In this document: positions 1 to 10,487 of the stretch, piece after piece
Layout: the number at the start of each line of letters is the position of its first letter
Numbering within the stretch: position 1 is the first letter of the stretch
DNA from: an uncultured Bacilli bacterium
GTDB lineage: Bacteria; Bacillota_I; Bacilli_A; RF39; UBA660
Assembly: GCA_949745755.1 (NCBI GenBank)
Contig: CATJZL010000044.1
Span: 1 to 55,909 of the forward strand
Reading direction: 5' to 3'
DNA length: 55,909 nt
Notes under the pieces: model-generated
Databases searched by the model: none
Told to the model about the DNA's origin: nothing
The model's input: only the letters and a program-made list of their open reading frames with translations
Program-made: the position numbers and the translations under genes

Positions 1-276
1 CGATTAAATGATGAAAAAAGACAATTATTAAAAGAAAATGACTTCATAGAATTTACAAATAGAGTAACTTTAGAAAAAATTATAGTTAAAATAGAGGGAT
101 TATATAAATATTCGAATTTTAAAGAATTATATAAACATTTTGATAAAATAGCAATAGGATATGACAAATATGATATAGCAAATCCTAAAGATATGGAAAA
201 GTATTATTCTAAAGAAGAACAAGATAAATATGGAGTTATTGGGATAAAAGTAAGAGTGATAGAAGATAGGAAGTGA
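1..276 (+). CDS. 5'-truncated CDS, C-terminal part of an ASCH-domain-like protein
   Basis: Frame 1 is open from the window edge to TGA at 274-276. The tail ...FKELYKHF...MEKYYSKEEQDKYGVIGIKVRVIE resembles the C-terminal beta-strands of ASCH-type proteins. Recognition by memory only. Confidence 0.4.
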   Translation, partial: RLNDEKRQLLKENDFIEFTNRVTLEKIIVKIEGLYKYSNFKELYKHFDKIAIGYDKYDIANPKDMEKYYSKEEQDKYGVIGIKVRVIEDRK

Positions 277-281
277 AACAA

Positions 282-1157
282 ATGGATAATCGACAAAATT
301 CGACAAATATAAACTGGTATCCTGGCCATATGGCAAAGACAAAAAGAGAAATCAGGGAAAAACTTAATTTGATTGATGTTGTGTATGAAGTGGTGGATGC
401 TAGAATGCCTATTTCTTCAAAAATAAAGGATATAGATGAAATAATTAAAAATAAAAAGAAAATTATGATTATGAGTAAATATGATCTCTGTGATTCGAAA
501 GAGACAGATAAATTTATAAAATATTATGAAAATTCTGGGTATATTGTTATTTCTTCTTCTATAGGAAAAGAAGGTATTAATAAAATTCTTTTCAAGACAA
601 ATGAATTGATGGAAGAGGAATTTTTGAAAATGGAAAAAAAAGGTTTAAAAAGAAGGGCTATTCGTGTACTTGTAGTGGGGGTTCCTAATGTGGGAAAATC
701 TACTTTAATTAATAAACTGGTAGGGCAAAATAAAGCAGGTGTTGGTAGTAAACCAGGTTTTACTAAGCAACTCTCTTGGATTCGAGTAGGTAAAAATATT
801 GAACTTTTAGATTCTCCAGGTGTTTTATGGCCTAAGTTTGAAAATCAAGAAGAAGCTATGAGGCTTGCTTGTCTTTCATCTATAAAAGAGGAGGTTGTTG
901 ATTCTTATCAGATGAGTTCTTTTATTTTAAGAAAGATGTATACTCTTTATAAGGAAAGGCTTGAGGAAAGGTATGGGCTTTTGTCTCTTTCTGATGATTT
1001 AATAGAGGAGATGAATTCTATTGCTTTAAAAAGAGGTGCTTTAAAAAAAGGTGGGGTTATTGATTATGAAAAAGTAAGTCGAATTATTATTAGTGATTTA
1101 CAAGAAAATCGATTAGGTTTGGTTACTTTTGATCGTATAGAAGAGATAGATTTATAA
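282..1157 (+). CDS. rbgA: ribosome biogenesis GTPase A (YlqF/RbgA), circularly permuted GTPase
   Basis: N-terminal NWYPGHMAKTKREI signature. Permuted G-motif order: SKYDL (G4) comes before GVPNVGKST (G1) and LLDSPG (G3). ATG at 282 has AGGAAG 8 nt upstream; the track's GTG at 273 has no spacing for an SD. Confidence 0.9.
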   Translation: MDNRQNSTNINWYPGHMAKTKREIREKLNLIDVVYEVVDARMPISSKIKDIDEIIKNKKKIMIMSKYDLCDSKETDKFIKYYENSGYIVISSSIGKEGINKILFKTNELMEEEFLKMEKKGLKRRAIRVLVVGVPNVGKSTLINKLVGQNKAGVGSKPGFTKQLSWIRVGKNIELLDSPGVLWPKFENQEEAMRLACLSSIKEEVVDSYQMSSFILRKMYTLYKERLEERYGLLSLSDDLIEEMNSIALKRGALKKGGVIDYEKVSRIIISDLQENRLGLVTFDRIEEIDL

Positions 1158-1213
1158 AAAAATGTTGTTGTCAAATGTCAATTTATAGATATATACTATA
1201 AGGGGTGGTAGTT

Positions 1214-1882
1214 ATGGAAAAGAAACGAGTACAAACTAAAAGAATCAATATGGATGATATTGATAATTATTTTTACGAACGTTCTTTACGAGATCAGGGA
1301 ATTCAGTTTATTGCGGGTGTTGATGAAGTTGGACGAGGACCTCTTGTTGGACCTGTTGTTGCAGCATGTGTTATTTTGCCTAATGATTTTCAATTAGATG
1401 GTTTAACAGATTCTAAAAAATTAAGTGAGAAAAAAAGAGAGTATTTTTATGAACAAATAAAAAGTCAAGCTCTTGCTATAGGTGTTGGAATTATATCTGA
1501 AAATATTATTGATGAAGTCAATATTTATGAGGCTACTAAACTTGCTATGCTGGATGCTATAAAAAATTGTCCAATTGTTCCAGAACACATTTTAATTGAT
1601 GCTATGAAACTTTCTATTCCTATTCCGACTACTTCTATTGTAAAAGGAGATTTAAAAAGTATTACTATATCTGCTGCGAGTGTGGTTGCTAAAGTTACAA
1701 GGGATAGAATGCTTTATAAACTCGATGAAAAATATCCTATGTATGATTTTAAAAATAATAAGGGATATCCTACTAAAAAACATGTTGAGGCTATTAAAAA
1801 ATATGGTATTATAAAAGAACATAGGAAAACATTTAAGCCCGTTTCAGAAATTTTACCTGTAAAAATGTTAAAAGTTTCGTGA
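1214..1882 (+). CDS. rnhB: ribonuclease HII
   Basis: [16 protein letters not shown] catalytic DEDD motif; DSKKLS; size and position after rbgA as in Bacillus. ATG 1214 is preceded by AAGGGGTGG. Confidence 0.9.
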   Translation: MEKKRVQTKRINMDDIDNYFYERSLRDQGIQFIAGVDEVGRGPLVGPVVAACVILPNDFQLDGLTDSKKLSEKKREYFYEQIKSQALAIGVGIISENIIDEVNIYEATKLAMLDAIKNCPIVPEHILIDAMKLSIPIPTTSIVKGDLKSITISAASVVAKVTRDRMLYKLDEKYPMYDFKNNKGYPTKKHVEAIKKYGIIKEHRKTFKPVSEILPVKMLKVS

Positions 1883-1956
1883 ATTTGTTTGGTTCATGCT
1901 TATAATTATAATAGATACTGTGATGAATAATGTAAAATATAGAGGAGAGAATGATT

Positions 1957-3987
1957 ATGAAAAATTTAGTTATTGTGGAGAGTCCAAGTAAGAGTAAAAC
2001 AATTGGTAAATATTTAGGTGATAATTATAAAGTAGTATCTAGTGTTGGTCATATTCGAGATTTAGCAACAAGTGGAAAATATGGTTTAGGTGTGGATATT
2101 GAAAATGGTTTTACTCCTAATTACACGAATGTAAAGGGTAAAACTAAATTGATTCGAGAGTTAAAAAAAGATGTTAAAGATAGTGATATGATTTATCTTG
2201 CAAGTGATCCTGATCGTGAGGGAGAAGCGATTGCATGGCATTTAAAAGATACTTTAGGTATTGATGAAGAAAAATATAAACGTATTTTGTTTAATGAAAT
2301 TACACATGATAAGGTTTTAGAAGCTATAGAACATCCTACAGTTATTGATGAGAAAATGGTTAGAAGCCAAGAAACTAGAAGAATTTTGGACCGTATTATT
2401 GGATTTCGACTTAGTAAGTTATTACAATCTAAGATAGGAGCTAAATCTGCGGGGCGTGTACAAAGTGTTGCTTTAAAATTAATTGTTGATCGAGAACGTG
2501 AGATCGAGGCTTTTCAAAAGGAAGAGTATTGGACAATTGATGCTAAATTTATAGATCCTGAATTTGAAGCTGATTTGTTTAAATATCAAGAGAAAGATAT
2601 TGAAATAAAAAATGAGGAGGAAGCGGATTTAATTTTAAAACAATTGGGGGAGCAATTTGTTGTGGAAAGTATCACCAAAAAGAAGCAGTCTAAAAATAGT
2701 AAATATCCTTTTATTACTAGTACTTTACAACAAGAAGCTTCTACAAAGCTTGGTTTTTCTGCTAAAAAAACTATGTCTATAGCACAGAAGTTATATGAGG
2801 GTGTTGATTTGTTAAATGAAACAGTGGGTCTCATTACTTATATGAGAACAGATTCTACGCGTTTGAGCGATGATTATACGAAAAGTGCTTTTGCTTATAT
2901 TGATGCAAATTATGGTAAAGATTATATTGGTTATATTAAGCAGAGTAAAAAAACTGAAAATGTGCAAGATGCTCATGAAGCAATACGACCTACTAGTGTA
3001 AATCGAACGCCTGAGAGTGTAGAAGAGTATTTATCAAAAGATGAGTATAAACTTTATCGCTTAATTTATATGCGTACTCTTGCCTCTTTAATGAAGGCTG
3101 CTACTGTTGATAAGACTACTATTATTTTAGATAATCATGATTACAAATTTAAAGTAACAGGTCAGGTTTTAATTTTTTCAGGATATTTAAAAGTATATTC
3201 AGAATATGAATCTAGTGAAGATAAAATTTTGCCAGAAATTATTGAAGGGAATACTTATGTTTCTAAAGAAGTTGTAAAGGAACAACATTTTACAAAACCC
3301 CCTAGTCGATATAGTGAGGCTAAACTTATTAAAGAGATGGAGGATTTAGGTATTGGTAGACCTTCTACGTATGCAAAAACTATTGATACATTAAAGGAAA
3401 GAAATTATGTAGAGTTGATAGAGAAGAAATTTGCTCCTACTGAAATTGGAGTAGAAACGACTGATAAATTACAGGAATTTTTTTCAGATTTAATTAATGT
3501 TAAATATACAGCAGATATGGAAGATGATCTTGATAAAATTGCAGAGGGGGATTTAGTTTGGAATAAGGTTTTGCAAGAATTTTATGATTTATTTGAACCT
3601 AGGGTTTTGAATGCTTTTGATGCTATGGAGAAAAAGGCACCACAAGAGACAGGAGAGGTCTGTCCTGAATGTGGCAATCCCCTTGTTATTCGTAATGGTA
3701 GATATGGTGCATTTACTGCTTGTTCAAATTATCCTGAGTGTAAATATATTAAAAAGGAGGATGTAGAACAAATTGAAGTGATGCCCTGTCCTTTGTGCGA
3801 TGGTACTATTATAGAAAAAAAGACACGAAAAGGGAAAGTTTTTTATGGGTGTGATCATTATCCTAAATGTAAGTTTGCCTCTTGGGACAAACCATTAGAG
3901 GAAAATTGTACAGAGTGTGGTAATTATTTGGTTGAACATAAAGATAAAATAAAATGTAGTAAATGTGATTATAGTAAAGAAGACTAG
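1957..3987 (+). CDS. topA: DNA topoisomerase I (type IA) with C-terminal Cys4 zinc ribbons
   Basis: MKNLVIVESPSKSKTI Toprim start, DPDREGEAIAWH, ITYMRTDS active-site Tyr motif, three CxxC...CxxC ribbons at the C-terminus. Confidence 0.95.
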   Translation: MKNLVIVESPSKSKTIGKYLGDNYKVVSSVGHIRDLATSGKYGLGVDIENGFTPNYTNVKGKTKLIRELKKDVKDSDMIYLASDPDREGEAIAWHLKDTLGIDEEKYKRILFNEITHDKVLEAIEHPTVIDEKMVRSQETRRILDRIIGFRLSKLLQSKIGAKSAGRVQSVALKLIVDREREIEAFQKEEYWTIDAKFIDPEFEADLFKYQEKDIEIKNEEEADLILKQLGEQFVVESITKKKQSKNSKYPFITSTLQQEASTKLGFSAKKTMSIAQKLYEGVDLLNETVGLITYMRTDSTRLSDDYTKSAFAYIDANYGKDYIGYIKQSKKTENVQDAHEAIRPTSVNRTPESVEEYLSKDEYKLYRLIYMRTLASLMKAATVDKTTIILDNHDYKFKVTGQVLIFSGYLKVYSEYESSEDKILPEIIEGNTYVSKEVVKEQHFTKPPSRYSEAKLIKEMEDLGIGRPSTYAKTIDTLKERNYVELIEKKFAPTEIGVETTDKLQEFFSDLINVKYTADMEDDLDKIAEGDLVWNKVLQEFYDLFEPRVLNAFDAMEKKAPQETGEVCPECGNPLVIRNGRYGAFTACSNYPECKYIKKEDVEQIEVMPCPLCDGTIIEKKTRKGKVFYGCDHYPKCKFASWDKPLEENCTECGNYLVEHKDKIKCSKCDYSKED

Positions 3988-4007
3988 TTTAGAAGGTGTG
4001 TGATAGT

Positions 4008-4754
4008 ATGTTTGCAGATTTAGTTCTTTCTTTTTCAAAGGATAAAACCCTTTTTTTAATAAAGCAACAAGAATTACAGCATATTGATAGAGTAACTTCA
4101 CAATATGCTGACTTTCATAACTTTTATTTAATGGGGTCTTTTAGGGCTGAAATAGATGCATTTTATCTTCGATATCAGGATTATCGAAGAAAGATTGTAA
4201 ATCCTTCTGATCGAAGTGGGAAGCTGCGTTTACAGATGGTTAATCAAGGAAAAATTATTTCTTTAGATGTTTTTTATTCTTCTTTGATTAATTGTATGGA
4301 TAATAAAATTTTATTAAATCGAATTAAAATGTCTTTGAAAAAAGAAAAAAGTTCTAAGTTGATTTTACAGATATATAGAGAATATGATTTTTTTCTTGGT
4401 AGTGACTATAATTATCAAAATCATTTACGTTTTCTATTGAAAAAAATGCGTACTTATGATCTTTCTGAGCAAACAAAAAAGGATTATTATAAACTTATTA
4501 AAATGATTATAGATACGATTGTAATTGCAAATGATTCATATTATTATGCTCGAATTTTATATGATTTTATTCTACAAGAGAAGAAAAAGGAATCATTCTC
4601 TATAAGTCATTCTGTTTCTTCTCCGTATTCAAATTCTTCTTTTTCATCATTCGATTTAAAACCAAAACAAGAGAAAAGAATAGAGGCTTATCATGGAATG
4701 GGAGATCATTTTTTGAGAGAAGATTATGATAGGGAATATGTATATAGGAAATAG
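4008..4754 (+). CDS. hypothetical protein (no recognisable domain)
   Basis: Long ORF with GAAGGTG SD 9 nt before ATG 4008. Occupies the slot between topA and xerC. Lys/Tyr-rich with a Ser-rich tail. Confidence 0.6.
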   Translation: MFADLVLSFSKDKTLFLIKQQELQHIDRVTSQYADFHNFYLMGSFRAEIDAFYLRYQDYRRKIVNPSDRSGKLRLQMVNQGKIISLDVFYSSLINCMDNKILLNRIKMSLKKEKSSKLILQIYREYDFFLGSDYNYQNHLRFLLKKMRTYDLSEQTKKDYYKLIKMIIDTIVIANDSYYYARILYDFILQEKKKESFSISHSVSSPYSNSSFSSFDLKPKQEKRIEAYHGMGDHFLREDYDREYVYRK

Positions 4755-4759
4755 GGTAT

Positions 4760-5659
4760 ATGAAAAAAGAAGTGATAAGTAAGTTTATAGATTATTTAGA
4801 GTATCAAAAGCATTATTCTCATTATACAATTATTAATTATAGAAAAGATTTAGATTGTTATGCAGTTTATTTAGAAAAGGAAGGTCTTAATTATACAAAA
4901 ATAGAGTATTCTGGTATTCGATTTTATCTTATGTATTTGAAAGAGGAAAGAAAAGAGAAAAATTCTTCCATTTGTAGAAATTTATCCGCTCTTAGAACTT
5001 TTTATGATTATTTGATTCATGAGAGAAAGATAGAAAATAATCCTTTTTGTTATGTTACAGGTCCTAAAAAAGAAAAAAGACTTCCTAGATATTTTGAGTA
5101 TAATGAATTAGAAGAGTTGTTTGGTATACCTGATCTTTCTACTCCTTTTGGGCAAAGAGATTCTTTGATTCTTGAAATGCTTTATGCTACAGGTATTCGA
5201 GTGGGTGAGTTAGTTCGTATTCGACTTTCTGATATTAATAAAAGTGAGCGAATGATTCGTGTTTTAGGGAAAGGAAATAAAGAACGTATTGTTTATTTTG
5301 GAGAATATACAAAAGATATTTTAGATCTTTATTTGAAGGATGGTTATAAAAAATTAAATGTAGATCATTTAGATTACTTGTTTTTAGGAAATAGAAGAAC
5401 ACAACTTACTGAAAGAGGTGTTCGAGATATTTTAAATCGTATTATTAAAAAAACGACACTTACTAAGAATATTTCTCCACATATGCTTAGACATACATTT
5501 GCTACACATTTATTAAATGAGGGATGTGATATTCTTAGTGTACAAAAGCTGCTTGGTCATGAGTCTATACGTGCTACACAAATTTATACTCATGTCACGA
5601 CGGAACATTTAAAAGAAGTGTATTATAATGCTTTTCCAAGGGCAAAAATGAAGAAGTAG
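4760..5659 (+). CDS. xerC: site-specific tyrosine recombinase XerC (CodV-type)
   Basis: ATGIRVGEL (Arg I), HMLRHTFATHLL (H-x-x-R box), LGHESIRATQIYTH (catalytic Tyr). Located downstream of topA, as codV is in Bacillus. Confidence 0.85.
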   Translation: MKKEVISKFIDYLEYQKHYSHYTIINYRKDLDCYAVYLEKEGLNYTKIEYSGIRFYLMYLKEERKEKNSSICRNLSALRTFYDYLIHERKIENNPFCYVTGPKKEKRLPRYFEYNELEELFGIPDLSTPFGQRDSLILEMLYATGIRVGELVRIRLSDINKSERMIRVLGKGNKERIVYFGEYTKDILDLYLKDGYKKLNVDHLDYLFLGNRRTQLTERGVRDILNRIIKKTTLTKNISPHMLRHTFATHLLNEGCDILSVQKLLGHESIRATQIYTHVTTEHLKEVYYNAFPRAKMKK

Positions 5660-5661
5660 GT

Positions 5662-5910
5662 ATGAATATGAAGATAGAGATTCATTCAAAAGAGGAACTT
5701 TATAATAAAGTTTATAGAGTATTAACAATTCGAAAGAAAAATTTATTAAAGGAGAATTTTAATGTATCAGAAGAGATGCTTTGGTATTTTTTTAGTGAAG
5801 AAATCTTTGTTAAAATGAAAAATTTGACTTTAGCAGAGGTTGTAGATAAAATTTTAAAAATTGATTCGGAAGATATTCGTAAGTATCTTGTTCGTAATCA
5901 TTTTATGTAA
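5662..5910 (+). CDS. small protein, ComN/post-transcriptional-regulator-like
   Basis: 82 aa. The pattern VSEEMLWYFFSEE...LTLAEVVDKILKI...RKYLV resembles the ComN (YrzD) family. Memory-based, not searched. Confidence 0.45.
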   Translation: MNMKIEIHSKEELYNKVYRVLTIRKKNLLKENFNVSEEMLWYFFSEEIFVKMKNLTLAEVVDKILKIDSEDIRKYLVRNHFM

Positions 5911-5987
5911 ATTTTTGTAAATATAATTTGAAAAGAGTTTTTTCCTTTTGTATAATGAATAAAAGAAGATGGGAGTAAGTGATAAGT

Positions 5988-7895
5988 ATGGCATTAAAAT
6001 ATGATGATGATTCGATTAAGATTTTGGAGGGTCTTGATGCGGTTCGGAAGCGTCCTGGTATGTATATTGGTTCTACTGATAAAAGAGGACTTCATCATTT
6101 AATTTGGGAAATTGTTGATAATTCTATTGATGAAGCAATCAATGGATATGGAAAGTATATAAAAATAGTTATTCATCAAGATCATTCTATTAGTGTAGAG
6201 GATCAGGGACGAGGAATGCCTGTTGGAATGCATTCTTCTGGTCGTTCTACGCCTGAAGTTATACTTACTATTCTTCATGCAGGTGGTAAATTTGAAAATG
6301 ATGGTTATAAAGTATCAGGCGGACTTCATGGTGTTGGTTCTAGCGTTGTGAATGCCTTGTCTAAGTATTTGGAAGCTACCATTTGTCGTGATAAAGGGAT
6401 TTATTATATGCGATGCGAAAATGGTGGTACAGTTACTGTTCCCCTAAAAAAAATTGGAACAACGAATAAAACAGGTACTACTATACGTTTTTTACCTGAT
6501 AGTGCTATTTTTCAATCTATTCATGTTTCCTATACAACCATTTGTGAGAGAATGCAAGAATCAGCTTTTTTATTAAAAGGTCTTACTATTGAAGTTTTTG
6601 ATGAAGAAGATTTAAGAAGTGCAAAATTTTGTTATGAAAAAGGAATAGAAGAGTTTGTAGAATACCTGAATAAAGGTAAAGGTGTTCTTCATAAAGTTCT
6701 TAATCTTAATGGTGGAAAGGATAGAATTGAAGTTGATATTTCTATGCAATATACTGACACATATAGTGAGAATATTGTTTCTTTTGTTAATAATGTTAAA
6801 ACAGTGGATGGAGGAAGTCATGAGGTTGGATTTAAGACTGCTTTAACGCGTGTTTTTAATGATTATGCTAAGGGGAATGGATTTATTAAAGGCAAGGATA
6901 CTTCTTTAGATGGAAGTGATGTGCGGGAGGGACTTACAGCAGTTATTTCCATAAAAATACCTGAAGATTTATTACAATTTGAAGGACAAACTAAATCTAA
7001 ACTTGGAACACCTGAAGCTCGTAATGTAGTTGATGCGATTACAAATGAACAGTTAAAAATGTTTTTAGAGGAAAATAAAATTATTGCTACTGAAATTATT
7101 AATAAATCCCTTAAAAGTAAACTTGCAAGAGAGGCGGCTAGAAAAGCTAGAGAAGAAGCACGTAAAGGTAAATCTAAAAATAGTAAGGAAAGATCTTTAT
7201 CTGGAAAACTTGCTCCTGCTCAAAGTAAGGATAAAACGAAGAAAGAACTTTTTTTAGTAGAGGGAGATTCTGCTGGTGGTTCTGCTAAACAAGGTAGGGA
7301 TAGAAAATATCAAGCTATACTTCCTCTTCGTGGGAAAGTATTAAATACGGAGAAGACTAAAGAAGAGGATATTTTAAAAAATGAGGAAATTAACACAATG
7401 ATTTATACAATTGGTGCAGGGTATGGTCCTAATTTTTCTCTTGATGATTGTGAATATTCAAAAGTTATTATTATGAGTGATGCAGATGAAGATGGTGGTC
7501 ATATTCAGTGTTTACTCTTAACATTCTTCTATCGTTATATGAAACCTTTAATAGAAGATGGAAGACTTTTTGTAGCCTTACCGCCACTATTTAAAATAGA
7601 TTATGGAAAAAAAATAGGTATAGAATATGCTTATACCATTGAAGAAATGAAAGAAAAGGCGAGGGGTAAGAAGTGTGAGATTCAAAGATATAAGGGACTT
7701 GGAGAGATGAATGCAGATCAGTTATGTGATACAACTATGAGACCTGGCAGTCGAACTTTAATTCGTGTTAATATTGAAGATGCACAGCTTGCAGAAAAGC
7801 GAGTAAGTGTTTTGATGGGAGATGCTGTTGCACCTCGTAAAGAATGGATAGATGAGAACGTAGAGTTTACTCTTGAGGATGATTATAAGATATAG
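5988..7895 (+). CDS. parE: DNA topoisomerase IV subunit B
   Basis: GHKL ATPase motifs (EIVDNSIDEA, GGLHGVGSSVVNALS), Toprim EGDSAGGSAKQGRD, IMSDADEDGGHI. Called ParE because it is directly followed by a ParC-type subunit and is not in an oriC context. Confidence 0.8.
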   Translation: MALKYDDDSIKILEGLDAVRKRPGMYIGSTDKRGLHHLIWEIVDNSIDEAINGYGKYIKIVIHQDHSISVEDQGRGMPVGMHSSGRSTPEVILTILHAGGKFENDGYKVSGGLHGVGSSVVNALSKYLEATICRDKGIYYMRCENGGTVTVPLKKIGTTNKTGTTIRFLPDSAIFQSIHVSYTTICERMQESAFLLKGLTIEVFDEEDLRSAKFCYEKGIEEFVEYLNKGKGVLHKVLNLNGGKDRIEVDISMQYTDTYSENIVSFVNNVKTVDGGSHEVGFKTALTRVFNDYAKGNGFIKGKDTSLDGSDVREGLTAVISIKIPEDLLQFEGQTKSKLGTPEARNVVDAITNEQLKMFLEENKIIATEIINKSLKSKLAREAARKAREEARKGKSKNSKERSLSGKLAPAQSKDKTKKELFLVEGDSAGGSAKQGRDRKYQAILPLRGKVLNTEKTKEEDILKNEEINTMIYTIGAGYGPNFSLDDCEYSKVIIMSDADEDGGHIQCLLLTFFYRYMKPLIEDGRLFVALPPLFKIDYGKKIGIEYAYTIEEMKEKARGKKCEIQRYKGLGEMNADQLCDTTMRPGSRTLIRVNIEDAQLAEKRVSVLMGDAVAPRKEWIDENVEFTLEDDYKI

Positions 7896-7910
7896 GAATT
7901 AGGTGATAAA

Positions 7911-10439
7911 ATGGCTAAAAGTAAAGAAACAGCGGAAATAATGGAAAAAATATTTGATTATACACTAGAGGACATAATGGGGGAGCGTTTTGGGAGTTAT
8001 TCAAAATATATTATTCAAGAGCGTGCCATTCCTGATGCTCGTGATGGATTAAAACCCGTGCAAAGAAGAATTTTATATTCTATGTATCATGAGAGGAACA
8101 CCTATGATAAACCTTATAAAAAGAGTGCTTCGACTGTTGGAGATGTTATTGGTAAATATCATCCTCATGGTGATACTTCTATTTATGATGCGATGGTACA
8201 TATGAGTCAAAGTTGGAAAGCTCGTCTTCCTTATATTGATATGCATGGTAATAATGGTAGTATTGATGGAGATAGTCCTGCTGCTTATCGTTATACAGAA
8301 GCGCGTCTTTCTAAAGTAAGTAATGAAATGGTACGTGATATTGATAAAGATACAGTAGAGTTTGCACCTAATTTTGATGATTCTCGTACAGAACCTACTG
8401 TTATGCCTGCTAGGTTTCCTGCGCTTTTGGTGAATGGATCTACTGGAATTTCTGCTGGATATGCAACCAATATTCCTCCTCATAATTTAGGAGAGGCTAT
8501 AGATGCTGCTATTTATAGAATTGATCATCCTTGTTGTGAGCTTTCTGAACTTATGAATTTTGTAAAGGGTCCTGATTTTCCAACTGGTGCCATTATAGAA
8601 GGTAAAAATGGTTTAATTGATGCCTATACTACAGGTCGTGGTAAAATTGTTGTACGTTCTAAAGTCGAGTTTGAAGAAGAACGTGGAAAAGTAACTCTTA
8701 TTGTGACCGAAATTCCTTATGATGTAAATAAAGCTATGCTTGTAAAAAAAATTGATGATATTCGTATTGATAAAAAGGTTGAAGGTATTGTTGAAGTGCG
8801 AGATGAGTCAGCTGAGGATATCCGAATTGCTATTGAATTGAAAAAAGGAGCGAATCAAGATTTAGTTTTAAATTATTTATATAAAAATACAGATATGCAA
8901 TCGAATTATAACTTTAATATGATTGCTATTGTAAATAAATGTCCTAAGCAACTTGGTCTTAGTCAAATGATTGATGCTTTTTTGGCACATCGAAGAGAAG
9001 TAGTTGAACGTCGTACTAAGTTTGATCTTGCTATGGCACAAAAGCAATTGCATATAGTAGAGGGTCTTATAAAATGTTTGTCTATACTTGATGAAGTGAT
9101 TCGTGTGATTCGTGCTAGCAAAAACAAGGTAAATGCTAAAGAAAATTTAGTCAAAGAGTTTCAATTTACTATGGAGCAGGCTGAGGCGATTGTTACATTG
9201 CAACTTTATAGACTTACTAATACAGATGTTGTGGAACTTGAGGAAGAATTAAAGAATTTAAATAAAATTGTATTAGGGCTTACTAAGATACTTGCTAGTG
9301 AGTCTGCTCTTAAAAAGGTTATCAAACAAGAACTTGAAAAAATTAAAGAAGAGTATCCTACACCTCGACTTACTGAAATTCGTGATGAGATTCAAGAAAT
9401 TAAAATTGATACAATAGAAATGTTACCCAAAGAGGATGTAATTGTTGTTCTTACTAAAGATGGTTATATCAAAAGAACAAGCCTCCGTAGTTATCAGGCT
9501 AGTGATGTTTCTGATATTACTTTGAAAGAAAATGATTTTATTATTGGTTATTATGAGATGAATACTCTTGATATACTACTTGTATTTACTTCATTTGGAC
9601 ATTACCTACACATTCCTGTTCATATGATACCTGATTTAAAGTGGAAAGATATGGGCAAACATATTTCAAATTTAATTCTTGTGGAAGAGGGAGAAGAGAT
9701 TATTTCTTCTATTCCTGTTTATGATTTTAAGGAGCCAAAACATATTATTTTAGCTAGTAAAGGTGGAATGATTAAGCGTTGTGAGTTAGAAGGATTTAGA
9801 CTTAGTCGATATTCTAAGCCCACAAGTTGTATGAAATTAAAAGATGGAGATCAGCTTATTGATGCTATAATAGAGTCTAAGGAAAATATTTTTCTTAGTA
9901 CTAAAAATGGTTATGGACTTGCTTTTAAGGCTGAAGAAGTTCCTATAATTGGTGTTAAGGCAGCAGGAGTGAAGGGTATTACTTTAAAAGAGGATGAGGT
10001 TGTGAGTGTCAATAATTTCTCTTATGATGTAGATGAATATTTAACTGTAATTACAACATCTGCTACAATGAAGAGAATTAAACTGAATGAACTTGATTTA
10101 TCTACTAGAACCAGAAAAGGACTTTTGTTATTCAGAGAGGTCAAGAAAAAACCTTATAAATTACTTCGAACTTTTGTAGTTTCTAATAAATCTTATATTG
10201 GCTTAAAAACGGATCATATTTCTCAAATTAAGGTTACAGATGCACCTATACTTGATCGATATTCTACGGGAAAGGAATTTTTAAAGAAAGATGTAGTTCA
10301 GGCTTTTGTTTTTCAAGAATTGTATAGTCGGGAGGAAGTTATTCATATAAAAATTATTGAAGATGTTCCTAAAGTAGAACAAATAGATTTGAGTGATATT
10401 GATAATCGTTTACAAGAAATTGATGAAATAATAAAATAA
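7911..10439 (+). CDS. parC: DNA topoisomerase IV subunit A
   Basis: DGLKPVQRRILYSM, HPHGDTSIYDAMV, AAYRYTEARL (active-site Tyr). No GyrA-box (QRRGGKG-like) seen in the C-terminal domain. Confidence 0.8.
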   Translation: MAKSKETAEIMEKIFDYTLEDIMGERFGSYSKYIIQERAIPDARDGLKPVQRRILYSMYHERNTYDKPYKKSASTVGDVIGKYHPHGDTSIYDAMVHMSQSWKARLPYIDMHGNNGSIDGDSPAAYRYTEARLSKVSNEMVRDIDKDTVEFAPNFDDSRTEPTVMPARFPALLVNGSTGISAGYATNIPPHNLGEAIDAAIYRIDHPCCELSELMNFVKGPDFPTGAIIEGKNGLIDAYTTGRGKIVVRSKVEFEEERGKVTLIVTEIPYDVNKAMLVKKIDDIRIDKKVEGIVEVRDESAEDIRIAIELKKGANQDLVLNYLYKNTDMQSNYNFNMIAIVNKCPKQLGLSQMIDAFLAHRREVVERRTKFDLAMAQKQLHIVEGLIKCLSILDEVIRVIRASKNKVNAKENLVKEFQFTMEQAEAIVTLQLYRLTNTDVVELEEELKNLNKIVLGLTKILASESALKKVIKQELEKIKEEYPTPRLTEIRDEIQEIKIDTIEMLPKEDVIVVLTKDGYIKRTSLRSYQASDVSDITLKENDFIIGYYEMNTLDILLVFTSFGHYLHIPVHMIPDLKWKDMGKHISNLILVEEGEEIISSIPVYDFKEPKHIILASKGGMIKRCELEGFRLSRYSKPTSCMKLKDGDQLIDAIIESKENIFLSTKNGYGLAFKAEEVPIIGVKAAGVKGITLKEDEVVSVNNFSYDVDEYLTVITTSATMKRIKLNELDLSTRTRKGLLLFREVKKKPYKLLRTFVVSNKSYIGLKTDHISQIKVTDAPILDRYSTGKEFLKKDVVQAFVFQELYSREEVIHIKIIEDVPKVEQIDLSDIDNRLQEIDEIIK

Positions 10440-10487
10440 TTGTGTTTATTCTTTCATACTTCTGCATATATTTTTATAGGTGATACT

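Noticed and set aside
127-342. Antisense or shadow ORFs in the six-frame track: 127-342, 2586-2834, 3895-4101, 6612-6821, 8073-8483, 8963-9154, 10912-11124, 12505-12687, 13502-13855, 14450-14635, 16108-16494, 17283-17543, 18160-18372, 20279-20503, 23433-23618, 27016-27309, 29255-29497, 31937-32137, 32683-33052, 38696-38884, 41735-41995, 42120-42356, 42753-42938, 46044-46785, 47308-47553, 48031-48318, 50304-50900, 53583-54149, 54772-54990, 55642-55884.
   Set aside because: Each lies inside, and opposite to, a CDS with clear conserved motifs. They have low-complexity Ile/Phe/Leu/Ser/Asn-rich translations typical of AT-rich shadow frames. None has a convincing SD.
5988-10439. Alternative call of this gene pair as gyrB/gyrA.
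   Set aside because: I could not find a GyrA-box-like QRRGGKG motif in the A-subunit C-terminal domain. The pair is not next to dnaA/dnaN/recF but follows xerC. ParE/ParC is more likely, though only a phylogeny would settle it.
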